DNA of 64,000 bases, from NCBI GenBank assembly GCA_039815185.1, contig JBCBZT010000011.1, positions 96,001 to 160,000 on the forward strand, read 5' to 3'. Shown in pieces: positions 42,207-54,136 of this stretch. The DNA is from Cyanobacteria bacterium P01_A01_bin.123. GTDB taxonomy: Bacteria; Cyanobacteriota; Cyanobacteriia; Phormidesmidales; Phormidesmidaceae. Positions within the stretch are counted from its first letter, which is position 1. Each line of letters opens with the position of its first letter. The notes under the pieces are model-generated. The model saw nothing but the letters and a program-made list of their open reading frames with translations, was not told the origin of the DNA and did no database searches. A program made the position numbers and the translations under genes.

Positions 42207-43001
42207 ATGCTGATTGATCCGTTTACCGTTCTGGCGCAAATCGTCAACTTTTTGATTTTGGTGGCGCTGCTGAAGCATTTCCTCTATGGGCCGATTACGC
42301 GCACTATGGCTCAACGAGAACAAACTATTGCCGAACAGCTAGCGCGGGCCGAACAGCAAGAATTAGCAGCCCAAACAGAGGCCGCTCGAATGCAGCAAAT
42401 GCAGCAGGACTTTGCTGCTCACCGAGATCAGCGACTGGCCCAGTTGCGATCGCAGATCGAAGACCAGCGCCTTAACCTGGTAGAGCAAGCCGAAGATGAG
42501 GTCGAGACTGCTAGAACTCGCTGGTACCGAGCTTTAGACCAAGAGAGAACAATGGTCTTACAGGCTTTTCGCCAGCAAGCCGCCTATCAACTGATGCAAA
42601 CAGTTCGCCAAGTCTTGATAGATCTCGCCAATGCTGACCTAGAGCAGCAGGTGGTGGCAAAGTTCTTAAATCGTTTGGGCCAGTTACCAGAGTCAGAGCA
42701 ACAGGCGCTACGGGCCGCGTTGACCCAGGCCGATGGTGCCTCGATGATCATTCGCAGCAGTTTTCTTTTAACAGAAGACACGCAGCATTCCCTCACAGAA
42801 GCGTTGCAGACAGCGGCAAAGGCTCAGCTTGTTCCGATACAGTTTGAAATCAACGCTGCCCTCGGCTGTGGTATTGAGCTTAGAGCTCCCGGCTACAAGT
42901 TGGAATGGACCCTAGCTGCCTACCTCGACAACCTAGAACACAACCTGGCCCTTACCCTAGACCAGCATGTGGAAGTTGAGCCAACCGTTATCTCTGCCTA
43001 G
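42207..43001 (+). CDS. atpF: N-ATPase b subunit (long, delta-like C-terminus)
   Basis: [24 protein letters not shown], long coiled coil, GIEL..W; no separate atpH. Confidence 0.92.
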   Translation: MLIDPFTVLAQIVNFLILVALLKHFLYGPITRTMAQREQTIAEQLARAEQQELAAQTEAARMQQMQQDFAAHRDQRLAQLRSQIEDQRLNLVEQAEDEVETARTRWYRALDQERTMVLQAFRQQAAYQLMQTVRQVLIDLANADLEQQVVAKFLNRLGQLPESEQQALRAALTQADGASMIIRSSFLLTEDTQHSLTEALQTAAKAQLVPIQFEINAALGCGIELRAPGYKLEWTLAAYLDNLEHNLALTLDQHVEVEPTVISA

Positions 43002-43005
43002 AGCC

Positions 43006-44520
43006 ATGGCATCAGACATTCTCAAGCCGCTACTGACAAACACCTTAAGTTGCTTCGCCCAAGCAGTGGAGCGCAGCCCTTTGGCACTGACTTGTCAGGA
43101 GGTGGGCACCGTCACCTTTGTCGGCAGTGGTATTGCTCGAGCGACGGGACTGCCTAATGTGCAATCGCAAGAGCAGGTTCGCTTTGCTGATGGTGCCTTT
43201 GGGTTGGCATTTAACCTGGACGTGGATCAAGTGGGCTTGGTGTTGCTGGATAACCGCGAGACCTTAAAGGCGGGCAGTGAAGTCCAGCGTACGGGGCGAG
43301 TGCTGGATGCGCCTGTCGGAGAAGGATTACTGGGACGAGTGATTGACGCCACTGGACGCGTTTTAGATGCCGGTGCACCACTGCCTGTTTTGGAACGGCA
43401 ACCGATTGAACGCCCGGCTCCGGCAATTATGGATCGGGCCCCTGTGACGGTGCCCCTACAAACTGGCATTAAAGTCATTGATGCCCTAGTTCCCATTGGT
43501 CGGGGGCAGCGGCAGCTTATTTTGGGTGATCGGCAGACAGGCAAAACCGCGATCGCCCTCGACACCATCCTCAACCAAAAAGACAAAGACGTGATTTGCA
43601 TCTACTGCGCCATTGGCCAGCGTAGTGATGCGGTTGCCAAACTCGTTGCTGATTTGCGCCACCAAGGGGCAATGGGATATTGCATTGTCGTTGTTGCCAG
43701 CGGTGAAGATACCCCCGGATTGCAGTACATCACACCCTATGCTGCCACCACCATGGCCGAATATTTCATGGCGCAGGGCCGCGATGTCCTGATCATCTAC
43801 GATGACTTGATCCACCATGCCAGAGCCTACCGAGAACTGTCCCTTTTGCTGCGCCGTCCTCCTGGTCGTGAAGCCTTCCCCGGCGATATTTTCTATATTC
43901 ATGCCCGCTTGCTAGAGCGCGCCACTTGCCTACGCCCCGAACTGGGGGGGGGATCCCTGACGGCCTTGCCTATTGTTGAAACCGAAGCAGGGAATCTGTC
44001 TGCCTACATTCCGACTAACTTAGTGTCGATTACAGACGGACAAATTTACCTGACCCCTAACCTGTTTCAAAAAGGCATTCTTCCGGCAGTAGATGTCGGT
44101 CGGTCGGTCTCTCGTGTCGGCGGCAACGCCCAACTCCCTGCCTATCGGTCTATTTCAGGCGATCTGCGACTCGCTTACTCCCAGTTCCAAGAGCTTGAAT
44201 CCTTTGCTCGCTTTAGCACCCGCCTGGATGAGTCTACTCAGCAGGTTCTAACCCGAGGTCGTCGCATCCGAGCCGTTTTACAGCAAGACCAGTACCATCC
44301 GCTCACCGTCAGTCAACAAATCGCCCTACTCCTGACTGCCAACGAAGGGGTGTTGGATAACTTGCCCATTGATCAGATTTCTCAATTTGAATCAAACCTT
44401 ACCCAAGCCGTCGAAACCCAGCTCCCTGATATTTGCCAGCGCATTTTATTGGGAGAGCAGTTAGCCGAGGGGGATCGGCAGGCACTGTTGGATATGGCCA
44501 GTGAGGGAGTGGGGGAGTGA
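43006..44520 (+). CDS. atpA: N-ATPase alpha subunit
   Basis: [27 protein letters not shown]. Confidence 0.97.
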   Translation: MASDILKPLLTNTLSCFAQAVERSPLALTCQEVGTVTFVGSGIARATGLPNVQSQEQVRFADGAFGLAFNLDVDQVGLVLLDNRETLKAGSEVQRTGRVLDAPVGEGLLGRVIDATGRVLDAGAPLPVLERQPIERPAPAIMDRAPVTVPLQTGIKVIDALVPIGRGQRQLILGDRQTGKTAIALDTILNQKDKDVICIYCAIGQRSDAVAKLVADLRHQGAMGYCIVVVASGEDTPGLQYITPYAATTMAEYFMAQGRDVLIIYDDLIHHARAYRELSLLLRRPPGREAFPGDIFYIHARLLERATCLRPELGGGSLTALPIVETEAGNLSAYIPTNLVSITDGQIYLTPNLFQKGILPAVDVGRSVSRVGGNAQLPAYRSISGDLRLAYSQFQELESFARFSTRLDESTQQVLTRGRRIRAVLQQDQYHPLTVSQQIALLLTANEGVLDNLPIDQISQFESNLTQAVETQLPDICQRILLGEQLAEGDRQALLDMASEGVGE

Positions 44521-44699
44521 GGGAGTGGGGGAGTTGAGGTGGAGAAGATGGAGGAGGTGAGGAGGACTTCGCCAACGGTTCTACCCCGACCACCCGATCA
44601 CGCCAACCCTGCGGGATGCCGCTGTCACATCTACCCCATCACTCGATCACCCCAACCCTCTGGGAAGCCGCAATCTCCTCTACACCCCATCACCCCATC

Positions 44700-45608
44700 A
44701 TGCCCACTCCCGAAACCCTCCAGCGCAAAATCAAAAGTGCTGAAGAACTCCAATCCATTGTTAAAACCATGAAAGCCTTGGCTGCCGTCAGCATTCGTCA
44801 GTACGAAAACGCGGTGGTTTCTCTGGCAGAGCATAGTCGGGCGCTGGCAATGGGGTTGCAAATTTTAATGATCAACAATCCTGACGCTTTGATAGCCCAG
44901 CGTCCCAGTCGTCCTCAGCGGCTAGGCATTGTCGTGTTTGGAAGTGATCAGGGGATGTGTGGTCGATTTAACCAGCAGCTGGTTGAGTCTATTGTGAATC
45001 GCTTAGAGCGGTTGCGTAGGGCTCATTTATTGCAGGGGAACACAGCATTCTCACCCGCGTTACTGGTTGTAGGGTCCCGAATTGCTGACGGACTCCTCGC
45101 CGCTGACCAACTCGTGGAAGAATACTTGCCCGTGCCGGGCTCCATCGATGGCATTACGCCGCTGGTACAACGTATCGTGCTACAGCTAGAAGCTTGGCGC
45201 CAAACTGGCCAGGTCGATCACATTTGGGTGTTTCACAACCGCCCTGCTGGGGGAACTGTCTCAACACCTACGTTGTTGCAGCTATTTCCGCTGAGCTACC
45301 TCTATCTGCACAAGCTCCAGCAACAGCCTTGGCCTTCTCGCTGCCGCCCTCAGGTAACAATGGCACGCGATCGCTTATTTTCTGCTTTGTTTCAACAGCA
45401 CTTTTTCATTGGTCTTTATCGAGCCTGCGCTGAATCTCTCGCCAGTGAGAATGCTAGCCGCCTGGCATCCATGCAAATTGCTGAAAAAAACATTGAAGAA
45501 CGCCTGAGCGACCTGAAAGTTACCTTTCAGCAGCAGCGCCAAACTGCCATCACTGAAGAACTGCTCGATATTGTCTCTGGCTTTGAAGCCCTAGCCCAAG
45601 ACCCCTAG
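44700..45608 (+). CDS. atpG: N-ATPase gamma subunit
   Basis: LQSIVKTMKALAA, GSDQGMCG, SENASRLASM, RQTAITEELLDIVSG. Confidence 0.95.
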   Translation: MPTPETLQRKIKSAEELQSIVKTMKALAAVSIRQYENAVVSLAEHSRALAMGLQILMINNPDALIAQRPSRPQRLGIVVFGSDQGMCGRFNQQLVESIVNRLERLRRAHLLQGNTAFSPALLVVGSRIADGLLAADQLVEEYLPVPGSIDGITPLVQRIVLQLEAWRQTGQVDHIWVFHNRPAGGTVSTPTLLQLFPLSYLYLHKLQQQPWPSRCRPQVTMARDRLFSALFQQHFFIGLYRACAESLASENASRLASMQIAEKNIEERLSDLKVTFQQQRQTAITEELLDIVSGFEALAQDP

Positions 45609-45629
45609 CGGATTCTGGTTCCCTTCAAA

Positions 45630-46217
45630 TCAAACGTCGGGATTGATCTGCACAGGCACATCAAGCAACTCATCGGGCAAGGGCAAGGGGGCGCTGGGGG
45701 GCGGCAGTTGCCAAACATCCTCTGGACTAAGAACCGGAAGTTCATTCCCGTTCCATGAATCATCCATACCGCCAATGCTAATTGGGGTACCGACGACTGT
45801 GGCGTCAGCCAAGTTGATGTTCTCCATCGACGCGCCCGCAACATCTACATAATAATAAAGCTGAGCTTGGGCTAAATTAGCGTTGTCCAAATCGGCCATG
45901 GCCAGACTAGCGTTGGTCAAAAAGACCCCTGTTAAGTTAGCTCCGGTAAGATCGGCTTTGGCGAGATCAGCACCTTCTAAATTGGCCCAAGAGAGGTCAG
46001 CCCCCGTGAGCTCTGCCCCGCGCAAATCGGCCCCGATCAGATGGGCACCGCTCAGATCTACGCCAACTAAATTACAACCCGCGCAGTTGTTGGTGACCAG
46101 TAACCGACGTAAATTGGCAGCCCGAGTATCGTCATCAAGTGGCGTTTCCGCAAGGGCGGAACTGGTAAACAGCAACGCTACCGACAAAGACAATGCAGCG
46201 AGATCGCGAATCTTCAT
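45630..46217 (-). CDS. exported pentapeptide-repeat protein
   Basis: Signal peptide, CAGCNL, A(D/N)Lxx repeats. Confidence 0.9.
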   Translation of the reverse strand: MKIRDLAALSLSVALLFTSSALAETPLDDDTRAANLRRLLVTNNCAGCNLVGVDLSGAHLIGADLRGAELTGADLSWANLEGADLAKADLTGANLTGVFLTNASLAMADLDNANLAQAQLYYYVDVAGASMENINLADATVVGTPISIGGMDDSWNGNELPVLSPEDVWQLPPPSAPLPLPDELLDVPVQINPDV

Positions 46218-46456
46218 AGAATCCTCCTTTTAGCATGGCAATTGCGGCGGTTCTTGGAACCATGCTTACTTTGGATAGAATTACAGCCCAGAAGGTGCGT
46301 TTTCTTACTAAGAAGGCATCTTAATTAGAGGTGGACTGTACTAAGTTTAGGGCACTTTGAACAACACTATCTACCCTCTCTAAATTATCGCATAGCTGGC
46401 AGTAAATATTGATATTAGGCAACGATTTTAATGAAACGATACGCGTATCTCAATCC

Positions 46457-46487
46457 TCACAAATTCCTCAAAGTGTTGATTTATAAC
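46457..46487 (+). promoter_or_regulatory. island box + -10-like (usp-usp-hoxEF)
   Basis: TCACAAATTCCTCA (46457-46470), 11 nt, TATAAC; reads TCCTCAC-AAAT-TCCTCAA. Confidence 0.8.
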
Positions 46488-46625
46488 TTTAACTGGCAGC
46501 AACAAAAGAGACTGCCGATTTTTTTTTGATTGGGCTCGTATGGTGCAAACGACATAGCGGAAAACGACGCTTTCGGTAGCGGCGATAGATCAAAGTTTTA
46601 CCGAATCGACAGGAGGTTCTTCATC

Positions 46626-47168
46626 ATGCTGAATAAGATTTTAGTGGCCGTTGATAAATCAGTCGCTAGCCAACGGGCGTTTGAAACCGCCTTAGAACTT
46701 GCGAAAGCACTTGGATCTGAGCTGATTCTGGTTCATGCACTGGATGTGTTTGATCCGGCCAGTCCTGAGCGGCCTACGACGCTAGTTGGCAGCTACTCCA
46801 TGGAGCTGGATGATATCTTACGAAAAAACTATGAGCACCAGTGGGCTGAGTTTGTCAAACACTACGATGCGCTACTTAAACAGAAACAAGCGGACGCTAA
46901 ATCGGTTGGTGTTGAAGCCAGTTATCTCTTGCCCTATGGCAGTCCTGGGTCAGCGATTTGCAAAACAGCTCGAACCAGCGACGTTGATGTGATTGTGGTG
47001 GGCAGTCGTGAATATTCTTCTGGGCTGAGCCAGCTTTTTCTAGGCAGTGTCAGTAACTATATTTTGCACCACGCCCCTTGTTCGTTCATGGTGATTCATC
47101 CGGATGGTGGTGACAGCCATATTTCGCTTGGAGAGCAGTCAAAACTCAGCGCTACCACAATGTCATAG
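46626..47168 (+). CDS. universal stress protein
   Basis: KILVAVD, VVGSR, LGSVSNYILHHAPCS. Confidence 0.93.
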   Translation: MLNKILVAVDKSVASQRAFETALELAKALGSELILVHALDVFDPASPERPTTLVGSYSMELDDILRKNYEHQWAEFVKHYDALLKQKQADAKSVGVEASYLLPYGSPGSAICKTARTSDVDVIVVGSREYSSGLSQLFLGSVSNYILHHAPCSFMVIHPDGGDSHISLGEQSKLSATTMS

Positions 47169-47282
47169 TGCATAGTCAGACGACTTAATAGTCTGGCCGA
47201 ATACTAAGTCATAAGACACCGGATTGTTCAAGGAATATGCAACGCAAATACCTTGAAAGAAAACTTATTCAATAAGGAAACG

Positions 47283-47816
47283 ATGATGTTCAACAAAATT
47301 CTCGTCGCCCTCGATCCTGATGATATCTGTGTGGATCTTTTCGAAAAAGCAGTGGCGCTAGCCCAAGCCGCAGGGGCAAATCTGATGCTGCTTAGTGTGC
47401 TGACGCCAGAAGGCGATGTATCGGCCTATTCTGGATTGGCTTACTACCCCTTAGAGCTGAATGAAAGCGTTTGGAATACTTACCAGCAAAATCGTCGGGA
47501 ATACGAAGTTAAAGGGCTGAAGATCCTCCTCGACCGTACCAATCAAGCTGCAGCGGCAGGGGTACATACTGAGTTCACTCAGGTTTTTGATAGTCCAGGG
47601 CGTGCTATCTGCGATTTAGCCAGAACTTGGCAGGCTGACTTGGTGTTGGTGGGTAGCCATGGCCGCACAGGCTTGAGTGAGATGTTTCTAGGCAGCGTTA
47701 GCAACTACGTGATGCACCATGCGCCCTGCTCAGTGCTGGTTGTCCATGGGCAAACAAAGACTAAGACGATCAATAAAATCTCTGATTTAACTGCTTTAAC
47801 TGCTGTCGAAGGATGA
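47283..47816 (+). CDS. universal stress protein
   Basis: KILVALD, VGSHGRTG, LGSVSNYVMHHAPCSV. Confidence 0.95.
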   Translation: MMFNKILVALDPDDICVDLFEKAVALAQAAGANLMLLSVLTPEGDVSAYSGLAYYPLELNESVWNTYQQNRREYEVKGLKILLDRTNQAAAAGVHTEFTQVFDSPGRAICDLARTWQADLVLVGSHGRTGLSEMFLGSVSNYVMHHAPCSVLVVHGQTKTKTINKISDLTALTAVEG

Positions 47817-48331
47817 TGCCTATTTCCCCTACGGTAGCTAAACCTGACAGCCACACTGCTGAAGACAAGCGGCTACGGCTGCTAGAAGCCGCGATGAAGC
47901 GTCATCAGCATCGCCCTGACGCCCTGATTGAAGTACTGCACACGGCTCAGGAACTGTTTGGCCATCTGAATCCTGGTTTGCTTCTGCACATTGCCCATAG
48001 CTTGCGGTTGCCTCCCAGCCAAGTTTATGGAGTTGCCACCTTCTACCACTTTTTCTCGTTACAGCCCAAGGGCGTCCATACCTGCGTTGTCTGTATGGGG
48101 ACAGCCTGCTATGTCAAAGGCGCAGCGCAGTTACTCAGTACCCTAGCGCAAAAAGCAGGCATCCAGGCTGGAGAGACCACATCTGACAAACAACTCTCAC
48201 TGATGACAGCCCGTTGTCTTGGAGCCTGTGGCATAGCCCCAGCAGTTGTGTTTGATGACCAACTTGCAGGTCTCCAAACCCCTGCTGTTGTTCTTGATCG
48301 TCTTCAAACCTGCCTGTCTGCATCCACTTAA
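47813..48331 (+). CDS. hoxE: bidirectional hydrogenase diaphorase subunit HoxE
   Basis: GVATFYHFF, CMGTACYVKG, RCLGACG. Confidence 0.95.
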   Translation: MMPISPTVAKPDSHTAEDKRLRLLEAAMKRHQHRPDALIEVLHTAQELFGHLNPGLLLHIAHSLRLPPSQVYGVATFYHFFSLQPKGVHTCVVCMGTACYVKGAAQLLSTLAQKAGIQAGETTSDKQLSLMTARCLGACGIAPAVVFDDQLAGLQTPAVVLDRLQTCLSAST

Positions 48332-48346
48332 GCCCCTCAATACGCA

Positions 48347-49951
48347 ATGGATCTGCACGAACTTCACCAGCGCTCAACCGCAACCCAGAAGCCTTATCGT
48401 ATTCGCTGCTGCACCGTCGGGGGCTGCCTTTCTGCCAATGGTCTTGCTGTCAAGACTCAACTCGCAATAGCTGTCGTCAAAGCCGGACTTGATGATCAAG
48501 TCACTGTCTCCAGCGTCGGCTGCATGGGCCTTTGCAGTCAAGGCCCGCTCGTGCAAGTCGACCCTTCTGGCAACCTTTACCGAAAAGTCATCCCCGACCA
48601 AGCTCCCCAAATCGTCTCCACCCTCCCCATCACCTCATCACCCCCACTGCCCCTCGCTCCATCCCCCCGCCCCCTCGCTCCCAATCAGCCCTTCTTTACT
48701 TGCCAACATCGGATTGTGCTTGAAAACAGCGGTCACATCGACCCAGAACAGATTGAAGACTACATCGCTGTGTCCGGATATGAAGCCCTACACCGGACGC
48801 TACGGGAGATGCAACCGGAAGAAGTGGTAGATATGATCACCCGTAGCGGTCTGCGGGGGCGGGGTGGGGCAGGATATCCTACTGGCCTGAAGTGGGCAAC
48901 AGTGGCCAAAATGCCCCCTGGACAAAAGTATGTGGTGTGCAATGCCGACGAAGGCGATCCTGGCGCTTATATGGATCGTAGCGTGTTGGAGAGTGACCCC
49001 CATCGCGTGCTAGAAGGCCTTGCGATCGCAGCTTATGCTGTCGGGGCCAATCAGGGATACATTTACGTGCGGGGAGAATACCCCCTAGCCATTAGCCATC
49101 TACAGACGGCAATTCGTCAGGCTAAGCACTACGGTCTTTTGGGCAGCCAGATATTTGACTCCCCCTTTGACTTTCGCATTGATCTTCGCATTGGGGCAGG
49201 TGCTTTTGTCTGCGGTGAAGAAACTGCCCTAATGGCTTCTATTGAAGGTAAACGGGGGATTCCCCGCCCCCGCCCCCCTTACCCGGCTGAGTCGGGGTTG
49301 TGGGGTTGTCCAACGTTAATCAACAATGTAGAAACCTTCGCCAACATTGCCCCCATTATTCGTAACGGGGCTGATTGGTTCTCAGCTATTGGTACGGCAC
49401 ACAGTAAGGGCACCAAAGTCTTTTCGCTAACCGGCAAGGTTCAGAACGCTGGATTGATTGAAGTCCCGATGGGCATTACGCTGCGCGAGATTGTTGAAGA
49501 GATAGGACAGGGTGCTCCCGATGGGGGCCAAGTAAAAGCAGTACAGACCGGGGGACCATCAGGCGGATGTATTCCAGCGGCGGCATTTGACACCCCCGTA
49601 GACTACGAATCGCTGAAAAAACTAGGCTCGATTATGGGCTCTGGTGGCATGATCGTGATGGACGAGCAGACTTCCATGGTAGATGTGGCGCAGTTTTTCA
49701 TGCAATTTTGCATGGATGAATCCTGCGGTAAGTGTATTCCCTGCCGCGCAGGCACCGTTCAGCTTTATCAATTGTTGACCAAGTTTAAAGAACGCCAAGC
49801 CACGCATAACGATCTAGAACAACTTGAAACACTTTGCGACATGGTTAAGCACACAAGCCTCTGTGGTTTAGGGCAGGCTGCACCTAATCCGGTTTTGAGT
49901 ACCCTCCGATATTTCCATAATGAATATTTGGCGGCGATGAATGCCTCCTGA
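48347..49951 (+). CDS. hoxF: bidirectional hydrogenase diaphorase subunit HoxF
   Basis: [36 protein letters not shown]. Confidence 0.96.
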   Translation: MDLHELHQRSTATQKPYRIRCCTVGGCLSANGLAVKTQLAIAVVKAGLDDQVTVSSVGCMGLCSQGPLVQVDPSGNLYRKVIPDQAPQIVSTLPITSSPPLPLAPSPRPLAPNQPFFTCQHRIVLENSGHIDPEQIEDYIAVSGYEALHRTLREMQPEEVVDMITRSGLRGRGGAGYPTGLKWATVAKMPPGQKYVVCNADEGDPGAYMDRSVLESDPHRVLEGLAIAAYAVGANQGYIYVRGEYPLAISHLQTAIRQAKHYGLLGSQIFDSPFDFRIDLRIGAGAFVCGEETALMASIEGKRGIPRPRPPYPAESGLWGCPTLINNVETFANIAPIIRNGADWFSAIGTAHSKGTKVFSLTGKVQNAGLIEVPMGITLREIVEEIGQGAPDGGQVKAVQTGGPSGGCIPAAAFDTPVDYESLKKLGSIMGSGGMIVMDEQTSMVDVAQFFMQFCMDESCGKCIPCRAGTVQLYQLLTKFKERQATHNDLEQLETLCDMVKHTSLCGLGQAAPNPVLSTLRYFHNEYLAAMNAS

Positions 49952-50065
49952 ACAGTGCTCAGAATAGAGAAGTCTGAATGTATCTGCCCTCTGACTTTTG
50001 CCCTCTTTATTTTTGACTCCTTCGACAACGAATTTTCTTAGATTAAATCAACCGCTAATCCATCC

Positions 50066-50096
50066 TCATAGTTTCACCAAATTGTTGTCTTAATCT
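50066..50096 (+). promoter_or_regulatory. degenerate island box + -10 (Hsp20)
   Basis: TCATAGTTTCACCA (50066-50079), 11 nt, TAATCT (50091-50096). Confidence 0.6.
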
Positions 50097-50190
50097 AAAA
50101 GTAGAGGGTCTTGATCAACACCCACCACATTCCAAATTGTTGTTTCAAGACCAGTCAACTTGTTATTTCTAGAACCTTGGAGGCAAGACA

Positions 50191-50658
50191 ATGGCGATTA
50201 TGCATTGGAGACCTTTTCACGATCTGAAACACTGGGAACCTTTTGGCGAAGTAGACACGCTTAGAAAAGAGATGGACACTCTATTCGAGCAGTTTACCTC
50301 TGGTTTAGGTCGAGAGACCAATGGATTGACGTTTATTCCATCGGCAGAAATCGATGAAACAGACACTGAAATTCACCTGAAGCTAGAAGTGCCGGGTATG
50401 AGTGCGGAAGACCTGGATATTGAAGTAACCGATGATGCGGTTGCTATCACAGGCGAGCGCAAATCCGAGACCCAGTCGGAAGAAGGCGATACATTGCGCT
50501 CCGAATTCTACTATGGCAAATTTGAACGATTTATTCCTTTACCGCATCGAATTCAGCGAGACAATGTGGCAGCTGAATACAAAGATGGCATTCTAAACCT
50601 GACACTACCTAAATCCGAAGAACAGAAGGAGAAGATAGTTAAGGTTAAAGTCTCTTGA
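50191..50658 (+). CDS. small heat-shock protein (Hsp20)
   Basis: EVPGM, ITGERK, SEFYYGKFER, AEYKDGILNLTLPK. Confidence 0.95.
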   Translation: MAIMHWRPFHDLKHWEPFGEVDTLRKEMDTLFEQFTSGLGRETNGLTFIPSAEIDETDTEIHLKLEVPGMSAEDLDIEVTDDAVAITGERKSETQSEEGDTLRSEFYYGKFERFIPLPHRIQRDNVAAEYKDGILNLTLPKSEEQKEKIVKVKVS

Positions 50659-50738
50659 TTAGGTAGGCTGCAAATCCAATGAGTTGCTGTTTTGTAGAGA
50701 CACTGCAAAATAACCTTGATGAGCTATGACTGGGCATG

Positions 50739-50763
50739 GGCTGGGACACGGCATGTCCCAGCC
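50739..50763 (+). terminator. hairpin after Hsp20
   Basis: GGCTGGGACA-CGGCA-TGTCCCAGCC. Confidence 0.5.
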
Positions 50764-51114
50764 ATAGGCTTACAGGAAGATTAAAAGCGTTAGACGATAC
50801 TGTCTTCTTCAGGAATCGTCAACGATTTTGGACTGCACTTTCTGGTAGTCGCAATGATACCCAGGGCACCTTCCTGAACTAAATCAGTGACGTATCCACT
50901 TTGCTGGTGCCGGGCTTCTTGGACACTCTCGAAAGGACCGAAGTAATAGGTACAACGAGGAGCTGCTGTACAAACTTCGATCCACCAAGGAGATTGGGCA
51001 TCAGCGTCACGATTTTGCTCGCCGCATTAGGGTTGGGCCTAGCGGTTGTGGTGTGGACTCAATTCGCGGTCGTCTCGGTCTGAAGTTTGTCAGTGTCTTA
51101 GCTTAACTACCCCC

Positions 51115-51145
51115 TCACGAGTTCCTCAACTTTGTGACGTAGCGT
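51115..51145 (+). promoter_or_regulatory. island box + -10 (hoxU unit)
   Basis: TCACGAGTTCCTCA (51115-51128), 11 nt, TAGCGT (51140-51145). Confidence 0.8.
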
Positions 51146-51191
51146 GAGAGTAACCTAAATTGGCATCTTCATCGCTATGGGTTAGGAGGAA

Positions 51192-51320
51192 ATGATGAGC
51201 CAAGAAATTAACCCAGATTTGAAACATCTACAAGTGCTTTCAATCTTCCACTATGTTTTGGGCGGCTCGATGGCAGTTTTTCGATTACCTGGGGATTACA
51301 TTAGAACACAACTGCAATGA
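51192..51320 (+). CDS. 42-aa ORF, probably truncated membrane protein
   Basis: AGGAGG RBS; MMSQEINPDLKHLQVLSIFHYVLGG..; TGA overlaps next ATG. Below ORF-track cutoff. Confidence 0.5.
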   Translation: MMSQEINPDLKHLQVLSIFHYVLGGSMAVFRLPGDYIRTQLQ

Positions 51321-51802
51321 GACCTAATACGAAGCCTAAAGCCACCCCCATTAATCTTCGGCGACTGGTGTTGATCAGTGCCTTTCGCCTCAGTATGGTT
51401 TGGGACTTGCTGACGACGTTTCTAGGCACCCTAATTATTCTGGGCAGCGCTGGTTTTATTGCTTTGGGGTTGAGTTTGGTGGGTACGTTGACGGTCGGTG
51501 CATTTAATTTTTCTACTAAGTCGATTTGGAAGTGGCGACGCATAAGACAGCCCGAGGTTGCCCTATTGAAGGGAGTCTGGATATTTGCGATCGCCTTTGA
51601 TTTTTGGACATCCTTGACCTGCAACGTGACCTACGTCGCCCTGAAGCAGTTTGAATTAGGCCGTTCGGAAACGTTATCTCGGCTGTTCACTCAGCTTACA
51701 CTTGGCCAAATTTTAATTGTTTTATTTGTCACTATCCTAACCACCATTGGACCGATGATGGTGGGCTACATCAGAGATCGAGATTTGGATTTTTTAACCT
51801 AA
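51317..51802 (+). CDS. hypothetical membrane protein
   Basis: About four hydrophobic helices; 15 nt before hoxU. Confidence 0.7.
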   Translation: MRPNTKPKATPINLRRLVLISAFRLSMVWDLLTTFLGTLIILGSAGFIALGLSLVGTLTVGAFNFSTKSIWKWRRIRQPEVALLKGVWIFAIAFDFWTSLTCNVTYVALKQFELGRSETLSRLFTQLTLGQILIVLFVTILTTIGPMMVGYIRDRDLDFLT

Positions 51803-51817
51803 TCGGTGTTGAAGACA

Positions 51818-52537
51818 ATGGCTGTCAAAACGCTAACAATTGACAATCAGCTGATCAGCGCTCGACAGAGGGAAACGTTACTGGATGCCGCGAAAGATGC
51901 TGGTATCTCCATTCCCACCCTCTGCTATTTAGAAGGGTTATCTACGGTAGGGGCTTGTCGACTTTGCTTAGTAGAAGTCGAGGGTAGTGCCAAACTTTTA
52001 CCGGCCTGTGTGACCCCAGTTGAAGAAGGCATGGTGGTGCAGACCCAAACGGAGCGCTTACAGCGCTATCGGCGCATGATTGTGGAACTGCTATTAGCTG
52101 AAGGCAACCACGTTTGTGCCGTTTGTGTCTCTAACGGGGATTGTGAACTGCAAGATCTGGCCGTAGAAATGGGGATTGATCATGTGGGGTTAGCCTATCA
52201 GTTTCCAGACCGCAGGGTAGATATCTCCCACGAGCGCTTTGGGCTTGATCATAATCGCTGTGTCCTTTGCACCCGATGTATCCGTGTTTGCGATGAACTA
52301 GAAGGGGCGCACACCTGGGATATGGCTGGTCGCGGTCGCATGTCCCAGGTGATTAGTGACCTCAATCAGCCTTGGGGAGAGGCTTCTAGTTGCACGTCCT
52401 GTGGCAAGTGCGTCAATGCTTGTCCCACGGGGGCGTTGTTCCACCGAGGATCAACAGCGGGAGAAATGCGGCGAGATCGCGACCAGCTAAGCTTTATTGC
52501 CACCGCTCGCCAGCAAAAGCAGTGGTTTAGAAAATAA
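51818..52537 (+). CDS. hoxU: bidirectional hydrogenase subunit HoxU
   Basis: [26 protein letters not shown], two 4Fe-4S motifs. Confidence 0.96.
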   Translation: MAVKTLTIDNQLISARQRETLLDAAKDAGISIPTLCYLEGLSTVGACRLCLVEVEGSAKLLPACVTPVEEGMVVQTQTERLQRYRRMIVELLLAEGNHVCAVCVSNGDCELQDLAVEMGIDHVGLAYQFPDRRVDISHERFGLDHNRCVLCTRCIRVCDELEGAHTWDMAGRGRMSQVISDLNQPWGEASSCTSCGKCVNACPTGALFHRGSTAGEMRRDRDQLSFIATARQQKQWFRK

Positions 52538-52643
52538 ACTACATCCGATTTGAAAACTTGTTCACGTAGCGTCTCCGGAGGAGAAATTTTTAGATTAAAG
52601 AAAAACTATGGGTCTGAATGTAATCAAGGCTTAATCGCCTACT

Positions 52644-52674
52644 CCACAAGTTCCTCATACTTTTTATCTAGGGT
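52644..52674 (+). promoter_or_regulatory. island box + -10 (pstB-hoxY)
   Basis: CCACAAGTTCCTCA (52644-52657), 11 nt, TAGGGT (52669-52674). Confidence 0.85.
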
Positions 52675-52703
52675 TTAGGTGTGGAGAAATAATATCTATA
52701 CAG

Positions 52704-53519
52704 GTGCTTACAATGATATCTAAAATTGCGACTATAGCACCGCCTAAAACTGCTCTGACTGTCCGAAATACCACCGTGTATTATGGCTCAGTTTTAGGCG
52801 TTTATGACGTTTCTTTTGACATTCCAGAACGTGAGATAACGGCTCTAATTGGCCCATCGGGATGCGGTAAAAGCACGTTGATTCGATGTTTTAACCGTCT
52901 CAATGATCTCATCCCTAGGACTCGCATCCAGGGCGAAATCTTATTCTATGGCAGAAGTATCTACGAGCGAAACTTGGAAATAGGCGTATTGCGTCGACGG
53001 ATTGGCATGGTGTTTCAAAAACCAAATCCGTTTAACACTTCCATTTACGAAAATATTGCCTTTGGAGCCCGCATCAATGGCTATCTAGGTGATTTAGATG
53101 AGTTGGTCGAGACCTCGCTGCGTCGGGTTGCCCTATGGGATGAGGTCAAAGATAGACTCCATAAGGGCGGTGTTGACCTATCTGGTGGTCAACAGCAGCG
53201 GCTTTGCATTGCCCGCTGCATTGCGGTCGAACCCGAAGTGTTGCTCATGGATGAGCCTTGTTCTGCGTTAGATCCCATGGCGACCCGACACATCGAAGAA
53301 CTCATGCAAGAACTCCGCGAGCACTACACGATTGTAATCGTCACCCACAATATGCAACAGGCCTCGCGAGTTTCCGACAGGGCGGCATTTTTCAATACTA
53401 AAACCGACGAGAAGGGGCATCGCTATGGTTATCTCGTCGAATATGACTCGACAGAAGTGATCTTCAACCATCCCCAAGAAAAGCTGACCCTGGAATATGT
53501 CAGCGGTCGGTTTGGTTAG
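52704..53519 (+). CDS. pstB: phosphate ABC transporter ATP-binding protein
   Basis: [53 protein letters not shown]. Confidence 0.93.
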   Translation: MLTMISKIATIAPPKTALTVRNTTVYYGSVLGVYDVSFDIPEREITALIGPSGCGKSTLIRCFNRLNDLIPRTRIQGEILFYGRSIYERNLEIGVLRRRIGMVFQKPNPFNTSIYENIAFGARINGYLGDLDELVETSLRRVALWDEVKDRLHKGGVDLSGGQQQRLCIARCIAVEPEVLLMDEPCSALDPMATRHIEELMQELREHYTIVIVTHNMQQASRVSDRAAFFNTKTDEKGHRYGYLVEYDSTEVIFNHPQEKLTLEYVSGRFG

Positions 53520-53541
53520 CACGGTATAGGAGAGGCGGCAG

Positions 53542-54084
53542 ATGACACGAATCAAGTTGGCTACGGTTTGGCTGGGGGGATGCTCTGGGTGCCATATGTC
53601 GTTTCTGGATTTAGATGATTGGTTGTTTGAGTTGGCGAGTCAGGTCGATCTGGTCTATAGCCCCTTGGCTGATATCAAGACCTATCCAGAGGGCGTAGAT
53701 GTGGCACTGGTAGAAGGGGCGATCGCCAATCAAGATCATCTCAACATGATTTATCAAGTGCGCGATCGCACCCGATGTCTAATCTCCTTTGGCGATTGTG
53801 CCGTGACGGGCAATGTCACTGCCCTCCGCAATGTGAGAGACACTGCCGAATCTGTGCTGACGCGGGCCTATATCGAGGCGGCTGATGTTGAAGCCCAATT
53901 GCCTAAAGGAGATCTGGTACCCAAGCTATTAGACCGGGTGATGCCCGTTCACCAGGTCGTTGATGTCGATTGCTATCTGCCAGGTTGTCCACCCAGCAGC
54001 GATCGCATCAGAGCCGTTGTGGAGCCTCTAATCAAAGGCGATCAGCCTACCCTGTCAGGTTCCGATCTGATCCGGTTTGGATAA
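53542..54084 (+). CDS. hoxY: bidirectional hydrogenase small subunit HoxY
   Basis: WLGGCSGCHMS, FGDCA, LPGCPP. Confidence 0.96.
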   Translation: MTRIKLATVWLGGCSGCHMSFLDLDDWLFELASQVDLVYSPLADIKTYPEGVDVALVEGAIANQDHLNMIYQVRDRTRCLISFGDCAVTGNVTALRNVRDTAESVLTRAYIEAADVEAQLPKGDLVPKLLDRVMPVHQVVDVDCYLPGCPPSSDRIRAVVEPLIKGDQPTLSGSDLIRFG

Positions 54085-54136
54085 AAGAAATAGCAGAAAA
54101 TAGTTTGAGGAAGAAAAGGTTGATGAGGAATTGATC

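Noticed and set aside
54095..54135. Extra island boxes at about 54106 and 62155 (minus strand)
   Set aside because: Only the CCTCA half is present and there is no TAnnnT at the fixed spacing.
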